Assembly: GCA_020184695.1 (NCBI GenBank)
Contig: JAANOX010000004.1
Location: 310,001-374,000 of the forward strand
Origin: Histomonas meleagridis 2922-C6/04-290x
Taxonomy: Eukaryota; Protista; Parabasalia
Reading direction: 5' to 3'
Length of the DNA: 64,000 nt
Made by a program: the position numbers and the translations under genes. Below the pieces are notes generated by a model. The model had not been told where the DNA came from. It ran no database searches and saw nothing but the letters and a program-made list of their open reading frames with translations. This document shows positions 62,538 to 64,000 of the stretch, in pieces. How positions within the stretch are numbered: the first letter of the stretch is position 1; each line of letters begins with the position of its first letter.

Positions 62538-64000
62538 TTAGCTACATGATTTGGATTTGGCAGCTGCGACATCATTTAATGAAAATGTATTTGATAGACT
62601 ACCAGACGCCATTCCGAACAATGCATTCCATTTGGCTTCGAAGTTAATTTTATCATTTCCACTTAATTTATTTATAATTTTTGACTTCAATAAATTCAAA
62701 TCATTTCGTAGTTTTTCGTCTCCACTTGTTCCGACTGTTTTTGCTTGTATTGCTCTATCAAGAGCATTATAAACATTAATGAATTCATTATATGTCGAAA
62801 TTGATTTAATTCTATTCAAAGCGTCCAAATCTTCTTTCATTAGTTCACCCTTCTTCTGCCATGGTTTACCCGGAACAATATAATATGATTCGTTTGGACA
62901 AGCTCTGCAGTAAGGAGCTGCAACAGAAAAGTCAATATCAGATGATGAGTTTTGGTTATAATTAATAATATATGCTGTAACTTTTTTGAATTTTATGTTA
63001 TTCTTTCTCATTTTTCCATCTGCTATTTGTACTGTTCCGCAATTAACCACTCCATCTGTTACAATAATCAAGTGATCATGATAATTATTTCCTGCCCTTG
63101 CTGCAATGTCTGCAATAAGATCAGAAGCTGTTCCTTTAGTACCATACTTTTTGCTAATTATACCTAACATTTCATTATATGTTACTTCTTTATAACTTGA
63201 GTTCCATGTAAAGATCTTATCGCCAGACTTATAATGCTTATTAATAATATTTTTAAGCTCATTATGATAAAAGTCTTTATTATGGACTGAGCCAGATGTA
63301 TCAATTGCAAATAATCGTGTTTTAATTTGGGAAGGCATCGCCAAAAATTTGTTCCATTTTTCACCAATTCTTATATCGAATTTAACTGGTTTTGGACGCC
63401 ATCTTTTAGGATCACAATTTTCTACCCAATAATGTATTTCTGGTCTTGCTGTCCATCCTGCAATGTTTTGAATGTATCTAAAAGTTCCATCGGTGAACAT
63501 TTTCTTAAAGCATTTTGTATAACCACAATCTATAATAATGTCTCCATTTTTTGTCGGAATACATGGATAAAACATTGAACTTATTCCACCTGCTGAATCA
63601 TGTGAAAATGGTATAAATGGTTTCATTTTCTTTTCATCTAAAACATATGAAATTGTTTTCCCTTCATATATCTTCCCAAGGTTATGTGCCAATGAAGTTC
63701 GAGTTACACCTTTTGTAATTTGGGGCTTTCGATTAAATGTTTTAGGTTTATCTAATTTTCCAGTTTCATCACCATATAAAGTTTGTTCTCCGGCATGTTC
63801 ACCACCAATACGTAATTCAGAACATTCGTTTTGTAATTCAGGGAACTTAGCTCTCTCAAGGAATAAGTTGACTTGATAATAAAGTGGTTTCCCTTCAGCC
63901 CAAAATACAATTGATCCTCCATTTTGCCAAAATTGGATTAAAACTTCAATAAATTGTCCAACAAGATTTGGATCTGCAACATGTTGATTGGGTTGAGGAG
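62538..64000 (-). CDS. vWA-domain protein (5'-partial; frame open to the window end)
   Basis: MIDAS motif IDTSGS...T...VTDG. Translated by hand, the frame stays open from 63692 to 64000 (…FWQNGGSIVFWAEGKPLYY…), so the track's TTG start is not real. Confidence 0.8.
   Translation of the reverse strand, partial: PQPNQHVADPNLVGQFIEVLIQFWQNGGSIVFWAEGKPLYYQVNLFLERAKFPELQNECSELRIGGEHAGEQTLYGDETGKLDKPKTFNRKPQITKGVTRTSLAHNLGKIYEGKTISYVLDEKKMKPFIPFSHDSAGGISSMFYPCIPTKNGDIIIDCGYTKCFKKMFTDGTFRYIQNIAGWTARPEIHYWVENCDPKRWRPKPVKFDIRIGEKWNKFLAMPSQIKTRLFAIDTSGSVHNKDFYHNELKNIINKHYKSGDKIFTWNSSYKEVTYNEMLGIISKKYGTKGTASDLIADIAARAGNNYHDHLIIVTDGVVNCGTVQIADGKMRKNNIKFKKVTAYIINYNQNSSSDIDFSVAAPYCRACPNESYYIVPGKPWQKKGELMKEDLDALNRIKSISTYNEFINVYNALDRAIQAKTVGTSGDEKLRNDLNLLKSKIINKLSGNDKINFEAKWNALFGMASGSLSNTFSLNDVAAAKSKSCS

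Overview
This is AT-rich, gene-dense eukaryotic DNA, essentially without canonical introns, most consistent with a parabasalid (Histomonas/Tritrichomonas-like). That assignment is inferred from DUF3447-ankyrin and BspA families, Myb-type M3-like promoter motifs, an iron-sulfur flavoprotein, RIB43A and very short intergenic gaps. Housekeeping genes include FANCD2, AP-3 mu, CAF1, H2A/H2B, RIB43A, a Mex67/NXF1-like protein, p23, ArfGAP, HGH1 and a Rab. They are interspersed with four tRNA genes, one dead Tc1/mariner element, two kb-scale inverted duplications and decayed BspA and ankyrin paralogs. The strongest unexplained signal is in two DUF3447-ankyrin genes (2.6-4.8 kb and 17.4-19.5 kb). Every C-terminal ankyrin repeat is split at the same point into a stop-free 90-nt (30-codon) block and a frame-breaking AT-rich spacer. 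The spacer is exactly 80 nt in 9 of 10 cases despite sequence divergence, carries invariant TGG and TTT motifs, and has no GT-AG ends. This suggests a non-canonical intron class or a translational-bypass element, which is untested. Many isolated homopolymer frameshifts elsewhere may be long-read assembly errors.
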